Both the position numbers and the translations under genes were made by a program. DNA of 32,000 nucleotides from Longivirga aurantiaca (GTDB lineage: Bacteria; Actinomycetota; Actinomycetes; S36-B12; CAIYMF01): NCBI RefSeq assembly GCF_042660085.1, contig NZ_JBHSTI010000051.1, forward strand, positions 3,089 through 35,088, written 5' to 3'. The notes beneath the pieces are model-generated. The model did not search any database and had not been told where the DNA came from. It saw only the letters and a list, made by a program, of their open reading frames with translations. This document shows positions 23,590 through 31,910 of this stretch, one piece after another; the first letter of the stretch is position 1; each line of letters begins with the position of its first letter.

Positions 23590-24534
23590 ATGACGAACAA
23601 GCGCACGGATGGCCTCGCCGTTGACGACCTGATGCTCACCGACGGCGGACTCGAGACGGTCCTGGTGTTCCACGAGGGCATCGACCTCCCCGCGTTCGCC
23701 GCCTTCCCGCTCCTGGACTCCGCCGAGGGCCGCGACGCCCTTCTGCGCTACCACCGCGAGTTCCTGACGATCGCGGCCGACGCTGGTGCGGGCTATGTGC
23801 ACGAGACCCCGACCTGGCGCGCGAACCCGGCATGGGGGGCCGAGGTCGGCTACTCGGCGGACGGTCTGCGCCGGATCGCGTTCGACTCGGTCGCGTTCGG
23901 CACGTCGCTGCGCGATGAGTGGTCGGGCACCGGCGGCTTCCTCGTCAGCGGCTGCATCGGTCCGCGCGGCGACGGCTACGTGCCGGGTACGACGATGACG
24001 CCCGACCAGGCCGCGGCCTACCACCGCACGCAGGTCGGCGATCTCGCCGATGCCGGGGTCGACCTCGTCACGTCGTTCACCCTCCCGTACGCCGACGAGG
24101 GCACGGGGCTCGTCGCGGCGGCGGCGGAGGCCGGCGTGCCCGTGGTCGTGGGCTTCACGCTTGAGACGGACGGTCGGCTGCCGTCGGGGGAATCGCTGGG
24201 GGAGGCGATCGAAGCGGTGGACGCCGCGACGGGCGGATACGCGTCGTGGTTCATGGTCAACTGCGCGCACCCCGAGCACGTGCTCCCCGCCCTCGACGGG
24301 AGCGCTGCGTGGGCCTCCCGGATCGGCGCACTGCGTGCGAACGCGTCACGCATGACCCACGCCGAGCTCGACGAGGCCGAGGTGCTCGACGACGGCGACC
24401 CGGACGACCTGGCGCGCGGTTACGTCGACCTCGCCCGGCTGCTGCCCGGACTGCGGGTGGTGGGCGGATGCTGCGGCACGGACGCCCGCCACGTGGCCGC
24501 CATCGGTGCGGCGATGACGCGCGCGGCCGGCTGA
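23590..24534 (+). CDS. Homocysteine S-methyltransferase family protein
   Basis: LTDGGLETVLVF..., a GCIGPRGDGY Zn-ligand region and the C-terminal VVGGCCGTDARHV are typical of the Pfam S-methyl_trans domain. An alternative TTG start is at 23578. Confidence 0.85.
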   Translation: MTNKRTDGLAVDDLMLTDGGLETVLVFHEGIDLPAFAAFPLLDSAEGRDALLRYHREFLTIAADAGAGYVHETPTWRANPAWGAEVGYSADGLRRIAFDSVAFGTSLRDEWSGTGGFLVSGCIGPRGDGYVPGTTMTPDQAAAYHRTQVGDLADAGVDLVTSFTLPYADEGTGLVAAAAEAGVPVVVGFTLETDGRLPSGESLGEAIEAVDAATGGYASWFMVNCAHPEHVLPALDGSAAWASRIGALRANASRMTHAELDEAEVLDDGDPDDLARGYVDLARLLPGLRVVGGCCGTDARHVAAIGAAMTRAAG

Positions 24535-24541
24535 GACTGGT

Positions 24542-24997
24542 CTAGGGCTGGCGGAGCCGGTCGAGGAGCTTGTCGAGCCGGGCGAGGTCTGTGCCGCTGA
24601 AGCCGTCGAAGATCTCGTGCAGCTCGGCAGCATGGATGGCGGCGGCCCGCTCGACGACGTCGTGACCCTGCGGGGTGACGACGGCCCAGATCACGCGCCG
24701 GTCGTGAGGAGCGGGCACCCGCTCGAGGTAGCCGGCCTCCACGATGCGGTCGACGAGCCGCGTGACCCCGCCCGTGGTGAGCGCGAGCTGGGCCGAGAGC
24801 TCGCTCATCATGAGCCGCTCCTCGGGGGAGCGCGCGACCCGCAGCAGCACCTCGAACCACGTGAGCGGTAGGTCGGCCTCGGCCTCGAGCGTGCGGGCGA
24901 GCCGGCGCTCCATGCCGCTGAACGCCTCGAGGAGGCGTCCGAACGTGGTGATGAGCGGATCGTCGATGGCGCGCGGCACGTCCGGTACCTTACTCAT
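24542..24997 (-). CDS. MarR-family transcriptional regulator
   Basis: LTWFEVLLRVARSPEERLMMSELSAQLALTTGGVTRLVDRIVEAGYLERVPAPHDRRV is the canonical MarR wHTH. ATG at 24997; the track start at 25000 is TTG. Confidence 0.9.
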   Translation of the reverse strand: MSKVPDVPRAIDDPLITTFGRLLEAFSGMERRLARTLEAEADLPLTWFEVLLRVARSPEERLMMSELSAQLALTTGGVTRLVDRIVEAGYLERVPAPHDRRVIWAVVTPQGHDVVERAAAIHAAELHEIFDGFSGTDLARLDKLLDRLRQP

Positions 24998-25003
24998 CAA
25001 CGT

Positions 25004-25015
25004 CTGACACGTCAG
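25004..25015. promoter_or_regulatory. Candidate MarR operator (short near-palindrome)
   Basis: CTGACACGTCAG has CTGAC/GTCAG arms. It lies 7 nt upstream of the marR ATG in the 80-bp divergent spacer to the VOC gene. Confidence 0.4.
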
Positions 25016-25077
25016 GGAATTCCACGGCGGGTCCGGCTGTTGCCGTGTCGTCCGTCCCCGCTTCTCCGAGGTGCCCC

Positions 25078-25596
25078 ATGGTCGTCTCCGCCGTCAGGCT
25101 CAACCACGCCGTGCTCCACGTGTCCGACCTCGAGCGCTCGCTCGACTTCTACCAGCGCGTGTTCGGGATGGAGGTCGTCGCGCGGGAGCCCCGCGCCAAC
25201 GCCGCTTTCCTGAAGCTGCCGCGCAGCGGCAACCACCACGACCTCGGCCTCTTCGGCATCGGCGGCTCGTACGGGCCGAAGCGCCCGGGCATCGGGCTCT
25301 ACCACCTCGCCTGGCAGGTCGACACCATCGACGAGCTCCAGGACGCGCAGGTGGTGCTCGCCGAGGCGGGCGCCCTCGTGGGCGAGTCGAGCCACGGTGC
25401 GACCAAGAGCCTCTACGCGCAGGACCCGGACGGCAACGAGTTCGAGGTCATGTGGATGCTGCCGCGCTCGGAGTGGGGTGCGTACGAGAACTCGGCACCC
25501 ATCGAGCGGCTCGACCTGCGCGGCGACGTCGAGCGGTGGACCGGCGTCTCGACGTCCGATGAGCTCCGACCTCGGCTCGCCCAGGGCGACGCGTGA
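25078..25596 (+). CDS. VOC (glyoxalase/bleomycin resistance/extradiol dioxygenase) family protein
   Basis: VRLNHAVLHVSDLERSLDFYQRVFGM, HHDLGLF, LYHLAWQV and LYAQDPDGNEFEV are VOC beta-alpha-beta-beta-beta motifs. ATG at 25078 is preceded by GAGG. Confidence 0.85.
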   Translation: MVVSAVRLNHAVLHVSDLERSLDFYQRVFGMEVVAREPRANAAFLKLPRSGNHHDLGLFGIGGSYGPKRPGIGLYHLAWQVDTIDELQDAQVVLAEAGALVGESSHGATKSLYAQDPDGNEFEVMWMLPRSEWGAYENSAPIERLDLRGDVERWTGVSTSDELRPRLAQGDA

Positions 25597-26225
25597 CCGG
25601 CTTCGCCGAGCCCGTCGTCGCGACTGCCGGGAGCCTCGACCCCGACGCTCCGCTCGTGGTGCTGCTGCACGGCCGCGGCTCGCACGAGGGCGACATCATC
25701 GGCCTCGCGCGCTACCTGCCCGAGGGCCTGGCGTACGCCGCGGTGCGCGCGCCGATCGGCGAGGGCGGCGGATACGCCTGGTTCGCCAACCGCGGCATCG
25801 GGCGCCCGGTCGCGGAGTCGCTGCGCGCCACGATGGACTGGTTCCGCATGTGGCTCGACGCGGCCGCCGGCGAGCGCCCTGTGGTTCTTGTCGGCTTCAG
25901 CGGCGGCGCCGCGTTCGCCGGCGGCCTCGTGCTGGACGACCCGTCGCGGTACGCCGGGGCAGCCGTGCTGTTCGGCACCGTCCCCTTCGACGCCGGCGTG
26001 CCCGTGACCGATGGCCGGCTCGACGGCGTGCCGGTGCTCGTCGTCCAGGGCGACGACGACACCGTGATCCCGCGCGACCTGCTCGACCGGACCTGGGCCT
26101 ACGTCACCGGCGAGTCCCGGGCCGCGGCCACCACGCACCGCTCGCCGGGCGGCCACGGCATCGACCAGGGCGCCCTCGGCACCCTGCGCACCTGGCTCAC
26201 CGCCACCGTGCCCCGGCACGAGTAG
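25593..26225 (+). CDS. Alpha/beta hydrolase (phospholipase/carboxylesterase-type)
   Basis: LVVLLHGRGSHEGD, a nucleophile-elbow-like VGFSGGA and VLVVQGDDDTVIP are present. GTGA overlap with the VOC stop. Confidence 0.8.
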   Translation: MTGFAEPVVATAGSLDPDAPLVVLLHGRGSHEGDIIGLARYLPEGLAYAAVRAPIGEGGGYAWFANRGIGRPVAESLRATMDWFRMWLDAAAGERPVVLVGFSGGAAFAGGLVLDDPSRYAGAAVLFGTVPFDAGVPVTDGRLDGVPVLVVQGDDDTVIPRDLLDRTWAYVTGESRAAATTHRSPGGHGIDQGALGTLRTWLTATVPRHE

Positions 26226-26269
26226 CTCGAGCTGCTCGAGGACCGAGAGGCGAGCGGTAGCGTTCCCGC

Positions 26270-26539
26270 GTGACTGTGACGGACGTCCTCGGCTGGGTCG
26301 GAGCGCTCGGCGTGCTCGCGGCGTACGGCCTGCTGACCGTCGGACGCTGGGAGTCCGCGTCGATGCGCTACCAGGGCGCCAACACGGTGTTCGCGGCGCT
26401 GCTGCTCGTGTGGGCGATCTCGATCGCGGCCTGGCAGTCGGCGCTCCTCAACGGGGTCTGGGCCGCGGTCGGCCTGGTCGGCGTCCTGCGGATCCTGCGG
26501 CGTCGCTCCGACGCCCCGGAACCGCACGTGGGCGACTGA
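26270..26539 (+). CDS. Small 3-TM membrane protein of unknown function (possibly CBU_0592-like)
   Basis: 89 aa with three hydrophobic helices (VLGWVGALGVLAAYGLL, NTVFAALLLVWAISIAAW, LLNGVWAAVGLVGVL). The family assignment is from memory and weak. Confidence 0.55.
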   Translation: MTVTDVLGWVGALGVLAAYGLLTVGRWESASMRYQGANTVFAALLLVWAISIAAWQSALLNGVWAAVGLVGVLRILRRRSDAPEPHVGD

Positions 26540-26897
26540 TCGCACGTCCGGCGCCTGCTCCGATCGGGCGTCCAAGGTTGCGCCTGGGTCACGACCCGGC
26601 GCTTCAGCGCGCATCGGCGCTCCGGCGGTGGCACCGTCGGACGCGCACACAACCCGTCAGACCGTCCGACTGGGGAGCCGGCCGCAGGTGCGGCAGGGGG
26701 CTTCCCGCGGCGGTCCGATCGCGGTATCGTGGGAGCGCTCCATCGCCGAGCCACCGATACCAATTTGTAATCGGTTGCAGACCGGAAACTTCACTGAAAC
26801 CCCTTGCTTACGCGCGTGACTCGCAGCAAGATGCGAAACGCTTACAAGCCCGGGGATCAGCCACCCGGACCTCTCAAATCGGCTCGAGGGAGACAGA

Positions 26898-28280
26898 ATG
26901 TCCGTTCCCGTCCGTCGCCGGACTGCCGCCGTTGTCGGTGGCGTCGCGGCTGCCCTGCTTCTTGCTGCCTGTGGCAGCAGTGGTGGTGGCGACTCAACTA
27001 CCTCGGCTGCGCCGAGCTCCAGCACCCCCGTCGTGGCGGGCTGCGAGGACTACGCCTCGTACGGCTCGCACCCCGGCACCAAGGTGACCGTCTTCACCTC
27101 GATCCTGCCGCCCGAGCAGCAGAAGTTCGAGGCGTCGTGGGCCCAGTTCGAGAAGTGCACCGGGATCGACGTCGTGTACGAGGGGTCCGACCAGTTCGAG
27201 GCCCAGCTGCCGACGCGTATCCAGGGTGGTAACGCTCCCGACATCGCGTTCATCCCGCAGCCGGGTCTGCTCCAGAAGCTCGTGCAGCAGGGCGGCCCCA
27301 AGCCGGCTCCGCAGTCGGTCACCGACAACGTGGGCAAGTTCTGGACCGAGGCCTGGAAGAACTACGGCACCGTCGACGGCACGTTCTACGCCGCTCCTCT
27401 CAGCGCGAACATGAAGTCGTTCGTCTGGTACTCGCCGGCGGTCTTCGCGGAGAAGGGCTACACCGTCCCCACGACGTGGGACGACCTCTTCGCCCTCTCC
27501 GACAAGATGGCCGCTGACGGCATCAAGCCGTGGTGCGGTGGCATCGAGTCCGGTGGCGCCACCGGTTGGCTCGCTACCGACTGGATCGAGCAGCTCGTGC
27601 TCCGCCAGCAGGGTGGCGACGTCTACGACAAGTGGATCTCGCACGAGATCAAGTTCGACTCGCCCGAGATCAAGGAGGCGTTCACGACCCTCGAGGGCTG
27701 GATGCGCAACTCCAAGTACGCGAACGCCGGCTTCGGTGACACGAAGACCATCGCCACCACCGCGTTCCAGGACGGCGGCAAGCCGATCCTCGAGGGCAAG
27801 TGCGGCATGTACCAGCAGGCGTCGTTCTACGCGAACTTCTGGGTCAACTTCGACAAGACGGCGGAGATCGGCGAGGACAAGGACGTGTTCGCGTTCTACC
27901 TCCCGGCGATCAGCGCCGACGTCACCACCCCGATCGTCGGCGGTGGCGAGTTCGTGACGGCCTTCGCAGACCGTCCCGAGGTCCAGTCGTTCCAGACCTA
28001 CCTGGCGAGCGACACGTTCCACACGCTGAAGGTCAAGGAGGGCACCTGGGTGTCCGCGAACAACGGCGTGCCGCTGGACGCGTACTCCGACCCGATCTCG
28101 GCCCTGTCGGCGAAGTACCTCACCGACTCGACCGCGACCTTCCGGTTCGACGCTTCGGACCTCATGCCGGCTGCTGTCGGTGCGGGTTCGTTCTGGACCG
28201 GCATGACGGCCTTCTTCGGAGAGAACAAGTCCGTGGACGACACCGTCAAGGCGATCGACGCTGCGTGGCCTGCTAGCTGA
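26898..28280 (+). CDS. Carbohydrate ABC transporter substrate-binding lipoprotein (CUT1 family)
   Basis: Signal peptide with lipobox (AAALLLAAC-GSSGGG). Family-1 SBP motifs are GGNAPDIAFIPQPGLL, KSFVWYSP and PWCGGIESGGATGW. GGGAGACAGA precedes the ATG. Confidence 0.9.
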   Translation: MSVPVRRRTAAVVGGVAAALLLAACGSSGGGDSTTSAAPSSSTPVVAGCEDYASYGSHPGTKVTVFTSILPPEQQKFEASWAQFEKCTGIDVVYEGSDQFEAQLPTRIQGGNAPDIAFIPQPGLLQKLVQQGGPKPAPQSVTDNVGKFWTEAWKNYGTVDGTFYAAPLSANMKSFVWYSPAVFAEKGYTVPTTWDDLFALSDKMAADGIKPWCGGIESGGATGWLATDWIEQLVLRQQGGDVYDKWISHEIKFDSPEIKEAFTTLEGWMRNSKYANAGFGDTKTIATTAFQDGGKPILEGKCGMYQQASFYANFWVNFDKTAEIGEDKDVFAFYLPAISADVTTPIVGGGEFVTAFADRPEVQSFQTYLASDTFHTLKVKEGTWVSANNGVPLDAYSDPISALSAKYLTDSTATFRFDASDLMPAAVGAGSFWTGMTAFFGENKSVDDTVKAIDAAWPAS

Positions 28281-28329
28281 TCCGGTCACTGCCATCACGT
28301 CACGACCAGTCGTGACGAAGTAGTTCCGG

Positions 28330-28369
28330 CCGGGGCTCGGAAGGGGTAGACACTCCTTCCGGGCCCCGG
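28330..28369 (+). other. Intercistronic stem-loop between the SBP and permease genes
   Basis: CCGGGGCTCGGAAGG (28330-28344) pairs with CCTTCCGGGCCCCGG (28355-28369) at 14 of 15 positions around a 10-nt loop. Confidence 0.6.
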
Positions 28370-28430
28370 TTCACATCCGGGCTCGGAACCGATCGTTGGT
28401 TCACGACGCATCGAGAGGGTGGTCGAGGGG

Positions 28431-29396
28431 ATGGGAAACGCATCCAAACTGGCCTTGATGGCCAGCGTGGTGCTGGTGTTCTTCGGGGTCCTGCTGCTCG
28501 TGTTCTTCCTGGCGGCGCGCACCAGGGGCAAGGTGCAGACTCCGCTCGCACGACTGATCTTCCTGGGGCCGGCAGCGCTGCTGCTCCTCATCGGCCTGGT
28601 GATCCCGGCCGTTCAGACGACGTACCAGAGCTTCCTCGGCCCCGACGGCAAGAAGGTCGTCGGGCTGGCGAACTACCAGTGGATCTTCGGCACCGAGGCC
28701 AACTGGGTCTTCCTGCGCAACACCGCGATCTGGATCGTCATCACACCGATCTTCTCGACTCTCGTCGGCCTGATCCTCGCGTTGCTCATGGACCGCATGC
28801 GCCGCGAGTCGCTGCCCAAGTCGCTCATCTTCATGCCCATGGCCATCTCGTTCGTCGGCGCCTCGATCATCTGGGGTCTCGTCTACGAGTACCGCGACCC
28901 TGCGGAGCCCCAGGTGGGCCTGCTCTCGGCCGTGGTGTCCGCCTTCGGAATCACACCTGAGAACTGGCTGCTGCTCCAGCCGTGGAACACCTTCTTCCTC
29001 ATCATCATCATGGTGTGGATCCAGGTCGGCTTCGCGATGGTCGTGCTCTCGGCCGCCATCAAGGCCATCCCCATGGATGTCACCGAGGCCGCCATGCTCG
29101 ACGGTGCCGTGGGCTGGAAGCTCTTCTCCAAGGTCACCGTCCCGATGATCCGCGGCACGCTCGTCGTCGTCCTCACCACGATCGCCATCGGCGTCCTCAA
29201 GGTCTTCGACATCGTGCGCACGATGACGAACGGAAACTTCGGCACCCAGGTGCTGTCGAACGAGATGTACGCCCAGGCGTTCGTCCAGTTCGACAAGGGC
29301 CGTGGTAGTGCGCTCGCCGTCGTGCTGTTCGTCGCCGTCATCCCCCTGATCGTCTACAACATCGTGCAGCTGAGGAAGGAGCAGTCGATCCGATGA
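28431..29396 (+). CDS. Sugar ABC transporter permease (MalF/BPD_transp_1 type)
   Basis: Six TM helices and an EAA-loop region (EAAMLDGAVGWKLFSKVTVPMIRG). An alternative GTG start is at 28419. Confidence 0.9.
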   Translation: MGNASKLALMASVVLVFFGVLLLVFFLAARTRGKVQTPLARLIFLGPAALLLLIGLVIPAVQTTYQSFLGPDGKKVVGLANYQWIFGTEANWVFLRNTAIWIVITPIFSTLVGLILALLMDRMRRESLPKSLIFMPMAISFVGASIIWGLVYEYRDPAEPQVGLLSAVVSAFGITPENWLLLQPWNTFFLIIIMVWIQVGFAMVVLSAAIKAIPMDVTEAAMLDGAVGWKLFSKVTVPMIRGTLVVVLTTIAIGVLKVFDIVRTMTNGNFGTQVLSNEMYAQAFVQFDKGRGSALAVVLFVAVIPLIVYNIVQLRKEQSIR

Positions 29397-30397
29397 GCGT
29401 CGAGACTCCTGGAATCGCGGCCGCGGCCGAGAAGGCGCTGACCGCGGCACCCGACCACGGCGGCATGTCCAGCGCGCTGCGGCGCAACCTGTCGAGCCCC
29501 TGGGCCACCGGCTTCGTCATCCTCCTGACGGTGCTGTGGACCATCCCCACGCTCGGCCTGCTCGTCACCTCGCTGCGCCCGGCCGACCAGGCCAACAGCA
29601 GCGGCTGGTGGACGGTGCTCAGCAACCCCGTCTTCACCCTGGACAACTACCAGGAGGTGCTGACCGGTGGCGACACGATTCCGGGCGGCATCCTCCCGTA
29701 CTTCATCAACTCGTTCGTCATCTCGATCCCGGCGGCGATCATCCCGCTGACGCTCGCCCTCATGGCGGCGTACGCCCTGGCGTGGGTGCCGTTCAAGTTC
29801 AGCAACGCGATGTTCCTGGCGATCTTCGCGCTGCAGGTCGTCCCGCTGCAGATGGCGCTCCTGCCCCTGCTGCAGCTGTTCAACCTGGGCTGGTTCGGCT
29901 TTCCGCCGTTGCGAGATCTCGTGCAGGCCATCCCGCTCCTGGGATCCTGGATCTGGCCGACGGGCGGCACGAGCTTCATGCCCCTGTGGATCGCGCACTC
30001 GATGTTCGCGCTCCCGCTGGCGATCTTCCTGCTCCACAACTTCATCGCCCAGCTGCCGCGTGACCTCTTCGAGGCCGCGCGCGTGGACGGCGCCAGCCAC
30101 TTCCTGATCTTCCGGAGGATCGTGCTGCCGCTGTCGGTTCCGGCGATCGCGTCGTTCGCGATCTTCCAGTTCCTCTGGGTGTGGAACGACCTGCTGGTCG
30201 GTCTCACATTCGCCGGCGGCACGGTCGACGTCGCACCGATCACGGTGTACCTGTCGAACATCAAGGGCACCTACGGGTCGAGCCTGCACCTCATCACGGC
30301 TGGCGCGTTCATCGCGATCATCGTGCCGCTCATCGTGTTCTTCTCGCTGCAGCGGTTCTTCGTCCGCGGTCTGCTCGCCGGATCGGTCAAGGGCTGA
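29393..30397 (+). CDS. Sugar ABC transporter permease (MalG type)
   Basis: ATGA overlap with the upstream permease. EAA loop: FEAARVDGASHFLIFRRIVLPLSVP. 334 aa. Confidence 0.9.
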   Translation: MSVETPGIAAAAEKALTAAPDHGGMSSALRRNLSSPWATGFVILLTVLWTIPTLGLLVTSLRPADQANSSGWWTVLSNPVFTLDNYQEVLTGGDTIPGGILPYFINSFVISIPAAIIPLTLALMAAYALAWVPFKFSNAMFLAIFALQVVPLQMALLPLLQLFNLGWFGFPPLRDLVQAIPLLGSWIWPTGGTSFMPLWIAHSMFALPLAIFLLHNFIAQLPRDLFEAARVDGASHFLIFRRIVLPLSVPAIASFAIFQFLWVWNDLLVGLTFAGGTVDVAPITVYLSNIKGTYGSSLHLITAGAFIAIIVPLIVFFSLQRFFVRGLLAGSVKG

Positions 30398-30415
30398 CAG
30401 GCCCGAGCACAGACG

Positions 30416-30454
30416 CCGCTGCCCCGAAGGTCCTGGAGGACTTCGGGGCAGCGG
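30416..30454 (+). terminator. Intrinsic-terminator-like hairpin ending the ABC operon
   Basis: CCGCTGCCCCGAAG (30416-30429) pairs with CTTCGGGGCAGCGG (30441-30454), with an inner TCC/GGA stem. It lies 19 nt after the permease stop. Confidence 0.7.
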
Positions 30455-30569
30455 TCTGTCCGGGCCCGTGCAGGTCGGTGCGCGGAGGTTCTGCGCGCCC
30501 GGATCCACGGGTGGTCAGCAGCCGGACACGAAGCGTCATGAGCGGCCGCGGCAGCCGCGCACCGCTCGG

Positions 30570-31139
30570 TCAGACGACCGGACGCAGGCGGAACATCCGC
30601 GGGGTGAGCTCGCCGCGGCGCTCGAGGTAGCCGGCGTACCCCGGGTAGACCGCCTCGAAGCGCGGGAAGATCTCGGCCCAGGTCTGCTCGTCGCAGAGCT
30701 CGGCACGGCACTCGAGGCGCTCGGGCCCGATCGCGATCGCGCAGTCCGGGTGGGCGAGCAGGTTGGCCGTCCACGCGGGGTGCTTGGCCTGGCCGAAGTT
30801 CGTGCCGAGCAGCATGACGTCGTCGCCGTCGCGCACGTAGAGCAGCGGCGACTCGCGCGGCTGGCCGCTCTTGGCCCCCGTGGTGTGCAGGGTGAGGAAC
30901 GGGAAGCCGTACAGCGCGGCGAGGAACCGGCCTTCGCGGATCTTCATGAGGGCGGGGTCGACCTTCGGCCCGATGCGCCGGTAGACCGCCGCGAACGCCG
31001 CGGTGCGGCTCGCCTGCCTCGTGACGGTCGTGAGCGGGTTGGCGCGCACCCTGGCCTCGTGGTCGGCGATGCGCCGCAGCCGGGCGCGCACGGCGCGCTC
31101 CGCGTCGGTGTCGGCGGTGGGGTCGAGGGCGTCGGGCAT
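30570..31139 (-). CDS. Deazaflavin (F420H2)-dependent nitroreductase/quinone reductase family protein (Ddn-like)
   Basis: LTLHTTGAKSGQPRESPLLYVRDGDDVMLLGTNFGQAKHPAWTANL is the hallmark of the PF04075-type split-barrel family. Confidence 0.85.
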   Translation of the reverse strand: MPDALDPTADTDAERAVRARLRRIADHEARVRANPLTTVTRQASRTAAFAAVYRRIGPKVDPALMKIREGRFLAALYGFPFLTLHTTGAKSGQPRESPLLYVRDGDDVMLLGTNFGQAKHPAWTANLLAHPDCAIAIGPERLECRAELCDEQTWAEIFPRFEAVYPGYAGYLERRGELTPRMFRLRPVV

Positions 31140-31256
31140 GGGCGCACGCTAGCCCGACCTGCGCCGTACGTCGAAGGCTCGCCACCCAGGGCGGCGCGCC
31201 CTGACACGGCGCAGTGGCCGCGTCAGCGGGGGTCGTGACGTCGAGCCCGGCGGATG

Positions 31257-31673
31257 TCAGGAGGGCAGGGTGAGCGCAAGCCGGTGCAGGGCCTCGTGCA
31301 GGGCGGCGGCGAAGCGGTCGACGTGGCCTCCGAGGTGTTCGAGGTCGTCCGGGCCCAGCACCACGCGCAGGGCGCCGTCGACCTCGGCGAGCACGGCCGG
31401 GGAGTCGTCCCAGCCCGTGACGAGGGCGGCCGTCGCGGCGTCGCGCTCGTCGAGGTGCACGAGCTCGAACGGCACCCCCAGACCGGCTGCCATGCGATCC
31501 CAGGAGGCCTTGCGGCGGATCGGCGAGTGGGTGATGTCGCACAGCGAGCAGTGCGCACGGCCGAGGAGCTTGCCGACGACGTAGTGGATCTCCCCCGAGA
31601 GGCTCCCCTCGGCCCGGTAGACGCCCACGAGGCGCGTCACGCGCGGGGCCGGGGTGATGGGAGCGGGGTCCAT
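31257..31673 (-). CDS. Hypothetical small protein with a CxxC motif
   Basis: 138-aa ORF with an ATG start and sensible composition. Contains AHCSLCDITH. No family was recognised. Confidence 0.5.
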   Translation of the reverse strand: MDPAPITPAPRVTRLVGVYRAEGSLSGEIHYVVGKLLGRAHCSLCDITHSPIRRKASWDRMAAGLGVPFELVHLDERDAATAALVTGWDDSPAVLAEVDGALRVVLGPDDLEHLGGHVDRFAAALHEALHRLALTLPS

Positions 31674-31873
31674 GCCAGGACCGTAGGCGGCGTTCCTGGG
31701 GCCCGCACCCCGGCCGTCCGGTGCCGTGCCGGGCCCCGCACCGTCGTGCCTGCCGACGGCCCGCCGTGCGCGCGCTGCGGTGCTCAGGTGAGCGGTGTCG
31801 CGGCGACACGCCGAAGCCCCCGACGTGTCGCTCGCGCCTGCGCGGCATCGGCGTTGGCAGACTGGAACATGGT

Positions 31874-31910
31874 GCGGGGCCCCTCGATGTATGAGATCGA
31901 GGGGCCCCGC
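31874..31910. terminator. Perfect 15-bp-stem hairpin; associated gene not identified in the window
   Basis: GCGGGGCCCCTCGAT (31874-31888) pairs with ATCGAGGGGCCCCGC (31896-31910) around a 7-nt loop. Confidence 0.45.

Noticed and set aside
21655-24279. 874-aa minus-strand ORF antisense to the STAND regulator and the methyltransferase gene
   Set aside because: It has no motifs and an Arg/Gly/Pro-rich composition. The plus-strand genes carry clear Walker A/B and S-methyltransferase signatures.
26226-26240. CTCGAGCTGCTCGAG dyad after the hydrolase stop, considered as a possible terminator
   Set aside because: It is a 7-bp stem with a 1-nt loop, which cannot form a stable RNA hairpin. It is probably a chance palindrome built from two XhoI-like sites.
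26803-26850. A second LacI-like box around GCGAAACGCTTACAAGC and short CTTGCT/AGCAAG inverted repeats
   Set aside because: Symmetry is poor (about 8 of 16 positions) and the stems are only 6 bp. This is not distinguishable from chance.
30271-31848. 525-aa minus-strand ORF spanning the Ddn-like and CxxC genes
   Set aside because: This is an off-frame Arg/Pro-rich artefact. The Ddn-family motif is in a different frame.
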